A stretch of DNA of 32,000 nt from Xylella taiwanensis (GTDB lineage Bacteria; Pseudomonadota; Gammaproteobacteria; Xanthomonadales; Xanthomonadaceae), in NCBI RefSeq assembly GCF_013177435.1, contig NZ_CP053627.1:1950001-1982000 (forward strand), given 5' to 3'. Under the pieces are notes generated by a model. That model worked only from the letters and a program-made list of their open reading frames with translations. It had not been told where the DNA came from and searched no databases. The position numbers and the translations under genes are program-made. Shown here piece after piece: positions 28,764 to 32,000 of the stretch. Positions within the stretch are counted from its first letter, which is position 1; the number at the start of each line of letters is the position of its first letter.

Positions 28764-30760
28764 TGTTAGGCAAGCTTTCATGGGAGGCGATCCCACACGA
28801 TCCAATCATTTTGACTGCAGTCGGGGGGGGCAGCCTCGCCATCCTGGCCGTGATGGGTGCGATCACCTATTTCAAAAAATGGGGCTACTTGTGGCACGAA
28901 TGGCTGACCTCGGTCGACCACAAAAAAATCGGTGTGATGTATATCGTGGTGGCGCTGGTGATGTTGTTGCGCGGCTTCGCCGACGCGATATTCATGCGTA
29001 CCCAGTTGGCCATCGCACATAGCGGTCATGAAGGTATTTTTCCACCGCACCACTACGACCAGATATTTACCGCACACGGCGTGATCATGATCTTCTTCAT
29101 GGCCATGCCATTTATGACCGGCCTCCTCAATCTGATCGTACCGCTGCAAATTGGTGCACGCGACGTCGCCTACCCGTTTCTTAACTCTCTCAGCTTCTGG
29201 CTGTTTGTAGCCGGCGCCGCACTCATCAACATTTCACTGGCAGTCGGTGAATTTGCACAGACGGGCTGGCTGGCTTATCCGCCACTGTCAGGATTGGAAT
29301 ATAGCCCTGGCGTTGGCGTGGACTACTACATCTGGGCGCTGCAAATTTCCGGGTTGGGTACTTTGCTGACCGGCATCAATTTCCTGGTCACCATCATGAG
29401 GATGCGCGCTCCAGGTATGACGCTGATGCGTATGCCGGTCTTTACCTGGACCGCACTCATCACGAACATCCTGATTATTGCCGCATTCCCGGTGTTGACC
29501 GTCACGTTGGCATTATTGGGTGCTGACCGTTACCTCGGTACACACTTTTTCACCAACGACGGCGGCGGCAACGCCATGATGTATGTCAACCTGATCTGGA
29601 TCTGGGGCCACCCCGAGGTGTACATCCTGGTCCTGCCAGCATTCGGCATCTTCTCCGAATTGGTCGCCACCTACTGCCGCAAGAAGCTGTTTGGCTACAC
29701 TTCAATGGTCTACGCAACCGCAGCCATCGGCGTGTTGTCATTTATTGTCTGGCTTCACCACTTTTTTACGATGGGTTCTGGCGCGAACGTCAATGCCTTC
29801 TTCGGCATCACGACGATGATCATCTCGATTCCAACCGGCGTGAAGATGTTCAATTGGCTGTTCACGATGTTTCGTGGCCGGGTGCACTTCAGTGCGCCAA
29901 TCTACTGGACCATTGGTTTCATGATCACCTTCAGCATCGGTGGTATGACAGGTGTCATGTTGGCCATCCCGGCGGTGGACTTCGTGCTGCATAACAGCCT
30001 GTTCTTGATTGCGCATTTCCATAACACCATCATCGGCGGTGTCGTGTTCGGTTACTTGGCCGGACTGACGTATTGGTTCCCGAAAGCATTTGGCTTCAAA
30101 CTCAACGAAGCACTGGGCAAGGCATCTTTTGCCTGCTGGATCGTCGGTTTCTTCATCGCTTTCATGCCGCTCTATGCACTCGGTTTCATGGGCATGACCC
30201 GTCGTCTGAACAGCTACAACAACCCGCAGTGGGAGCCTTGGCTGCTGGTGGCGCTTGGCGGTGCCGTGATTATCGGTATCGGTATTTTCTTGAATCTGCT
30301 GCAACTCGGTTACAGCGTCTGGACGCACAAGCAGAACCGTGACTTGACCGGCGACCCATGGGACGGACGCACGTTGGAGTGGTCAACCTCCTCGCCACCG
30401 CCGTTCTACAACTTTGCCCACGTGCCCCATGTGGACAGCCTGGATCAGTTCTGGGAAGACAAACGACGTGGCAAAGCCTGGATAAAACCAGACAAATACG
30501 AGGATATCCACATGCCACGCAACACCGCAGCGGGCTTCTGGATAGGTGCCTTCAGCATCGTGCTGGGCTTCGGTCTGACTTGGCATATCTGGTGGATGGC
30601 GATGATCGGTCTACTTGGCATGATCGGCAGCTTCCTTGCCCGCACATTCGATAACGACATCGATTACTGGGTGCCTGCTGCGGAAGTTGCGCGTATCGAG
30701 AACGAACGCTTCGCCCTGCTGGAAACACAACAGACAGCACACGCTGCGAAGGCTGTATAA
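28763..30760 (+). CDS. cyoB: Cytochrome o ubiquinol oxidase subunit I
   Basis: 665 aa with heme-copper oxidase motifs [21 protein letters not shown] and WLHHFFTMG. Confidence 0.96.
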   Translation: MLGKLSWEAIPHDPIILTAVGGGSLAILAVMGAITYFKKWGYLWHEWLTSVDHKKIGVMYIVVALVMLLRGFADAIFMRTQLAIAHSGHEGIFPPHHYDQIFTAHGVIMIFFMAMPFMTGLLNLIVPLQIGARDVAYPFLNSLSFWLFVAGAALINISLAVGEFAQTGWLAYPPLSGLEYSPGVGVDYYIWALQISGLGTLLTGINFLVTIMRMRAPGMTLMRMPVFTWTALITNILIIAAFPVLTVTLALLGADRYLGTHFFTNDGGGNAMMYVNLIWIWGHPEVYILVLPAFGIFSELVATYCRKKLFGYTSMVYATAAIGVLSFIVWLHHFFTMGSGANVNAFFGITTMIISIPTGVKMFNWLFTMFRGRVHFSAPIYWTIGFMITFSIGGMTGVMLAIPAVDFVLHNSLFLIAHFHNTIIGGVVFGYLAGLTYWFPKAFGFKLNEALGKASFACWIVGFFIAFMPLYALGFMGMTRRLNSYNNPQWEPWLLVALGGAVIIGIGIFLNLLQLGYSVWTHKQNRDLTGDPWDGRTLEWSTSSPPPFYNFAHVPHVDSLDQFWEDKRRGKAWIKPDKYEDIHMPRNTAAGFWIGAFSIVLGFGLTWHIWWMAMIGLLGMIGSFLARTFDNDIDYWVPAAEVARIENERFALLETQQTAHAAKAV

Positions 30761-30762
30761 CG

Positions 30763-31392
30763 ATGACCATGTCCACAAAGATCGATACACATCGCGCCGT
30801 TCACGCAGGTCATCACAGCGATCACGCGCACCACGACAGTGGAGGCAACACCGTCTTCGGGTTTTGGGTATACCTGATGAGCGACTGCCTCATCTTTGCC
30901 GGCTTGTTCGCCACCTACGCGGTGCTGGTCGGTGCAACGGTGGATGGGCCGACAGCCAAAGAACTGTTCGATCTGAAGTTCGTGCTGGTGGAAACCTTCC
31001 TGCTGCTGTTCAGCAGCCTGACATTCGGCTTGGCCATGATCGCGGCGCATAAACGCCACATGCCTGCGCTATATGGCTGGCTCATGATCACAGCCCTGTT
31101 CGGCCTTGGCTTCCTCGGCATGGAACTCTATGAGTTTCACCATCTGATCCAAGAGGGAGCAGGCCCAGGACGCAGCGCCTTCCTATCAGCATTTTTTACC
31201 CTGGTCGGTACCCACGGCCTACACGTCGCTACAGGCTTGCTATGGATGCTGGTGCTCGTGATCCAGATTGTTAAAAACGGGCTGACCGCACGCAACAGTA
31301 CTCGCTTGGCATGTTTGAGCCTGTTCTGGCACTTCCTGGATATCATCTGGATCGGTGTCTTTACCATCGTCTATCTGCTAGGAGCGCTGTAA
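30763..31392 (+). CDS. cyoC: Cytochrome o ubiquinol oxidase subunit III
   Basis: 209 aa with five TM helices and the C-terminal [15 protein letters not shown] motif. It follows cyoB after 2 nt. Confidence 0.93.
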   Translation: MTMSTKIDTHRAVHAGHHSDHAHHDSGGNTVFGFWVYLMSDCLIFAGLFATYAVLVGATVDGPTAKELFDLKFVLVETFLLLFSSLTFGLAMIAAHKRHMPALYGWLMITALFGLGFLGMELYEFHHLIQEGAGPGRSAFLSAFFTLVGTHGLHVATGLLWMLVLVIQIVKNGLTARNSTRLACLSLFWHFLDIIWIGVFTIVYLLGAL

Positions 31393-31733
31393 TGTCTCAT
31401 CACCCCGATCACTCCAGCGAACATGCCACACCAAGCAATAGCACGCACCTGAAGCCCTACCTCATCGGCTTTGTGCTAGCAGTGATTTTGACTGCCATTC
31501 CATTCGCGATAGTGATGAATGGCGTGTTCTCTAAGGGCATGACTGTCACTGTGATTTCAGTCTTGGCGGCGGCGCAAATGCTGGTGCATCTCGTGTACTT
31601 TCTACACATGGACCGTTCACAGGAACAACGCTCTAACGTCCAAGTGGCTCTGTTCTCAGTGCTGATCATTGGCATCGTTGTCATCGGTTCACTGTGGGTG
31701 ATGCACAACCTCAACGTGCACATGATGTATTGA
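31392..31733 (+). CDS. cyoD: Cytochrome o ubiquinol oxidase subunit IV
   Basis: The track ORF 31311..31733 overlaps cyoC. ATG 31392 (TAATG junction with the cyoC stop) gives [41 protein letters not shown]. 113 aa, three TM helices. Confidence 0.88.
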   Translation: MSHHPDHSSEHATPSNSTHLKPYLIGFVLAVILTAIPFAIVMNGVFSKGMTVTVISVLAAAQMLVHLVYFLHMDRSQEQRSNVQVALFSVLIIGIVVIGSLWVMHNLNVHMMY

Positions 31734-31752
31734 ACCTCACGTACCACATACT

Positions 31753-31785
31753 AAAAGGCCGCAGGTGATCCGCGGCCTTTTTTTC
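31753..31785 (+). terminator. Rho-independent terminator of the cyo operon (A-tract/T-tract flanked, potentially bidirectional)
   Basis: The sequence is AAAAGGCCGC-aggtgatcc-GCGGCCTTTTTTT. The GC stem pairs 31757-31762 with 31772-31777 and is followed by seven T (31778-31784). It lies 20 nt after the cyoD stop. Confidence 0.85.
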
Positions 31786-32000
31786 GGTTGTCTGCATCAT
31801 TCCTGGGAGACTGATGCCATCATCGATGGTGATGTCACCCGTTCAAACGGCTATTCTGAATCCCCAAGGGTCATGGCCTCACCGTGTCCTGTGCCCTTGC
31901 ACGTTGAAATGCTTCCATATCACCAAAATACATTGCATCGTCATACCCACAGAAAGTTAGCCTGATCTCCCCCCTACCGCACTACATTGTCTTTGATTCG

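Noticed and set aside
29738-30328. 196-aa minus-strand ORF (and other antisense ORFs inside cyoB and cyoC)
   Set aside because: It is antisense to the unmistakable cyoB frame, with charged low-complexity sequence.
1-32000. Search for tRNA T-loop signatures (GGTTCGAAT-like), rRNA, CRISPR-style spaced direct repeats, and IS terminal inverted repeats or transposase ORFs
   Set aside because: Nothing convincing was found by eye. The only GGTTCGAA lies inside lptC coding sequence without tRNA arms. Absence by eye is not proof, and tRNAscan, Infernal or ISfinder could overturn it.

Overview
This 32-kb window reads like a Xanthomonadaceae-type chromosome segment, Xylella-like at roughly 50% GC by eye. 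The taxon is my inference from gene order and protein motifs only.

**Left third.** It holds the conserved envelope / sigma-54 / regulatory-PTS supercluster. A divergent ibaG-like gene is followed by kdsD-kdsC-lptC-lptA-lptB-rpoN-hpf, a decayed ptsN remnant, and hprK-rapZ. A ~1-kb ORF-free spacer comes next, then EIIA(Man-type)-HPr-EI, then mgtE.

**Middle.** A few intact genes (long-form glyoxalase I, a CPA2-like antiporter, a SAM methyltransferase) are isolated between long ORF-free stretches. One is a 3.6-kb gap containing a low-GC island with what looks like an eroded S1 serine-protease gene.

**Right third.** It starts with a compact, apparently intact module: a TorF-like outer-membrane barrel, an ECF sigma factor, a zinc-finger anti-sigma and an S8 subtilase lipoprotein, the last three translationally coupled. 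ssb, ispB and cyoABCD follow, ending in a clean intrinsic terminator.

**Overall.** About 8.6 kb (~27%) of the window has no credible ORF. Most of it is strikingly A+C-rich on the + strand, which I read as old pseudogene debris in a genome undergoing reductive evolution. I found no tRNA, rRNA, CRISPR array or intact IS element.

The best candidate for an uncharacterised system is the barrel / ECF sigma / anti-sigma / S8 lipoprotein module at 21145-24499. It looks selectively retained amid decay. Its function is inference, not demonstrated.
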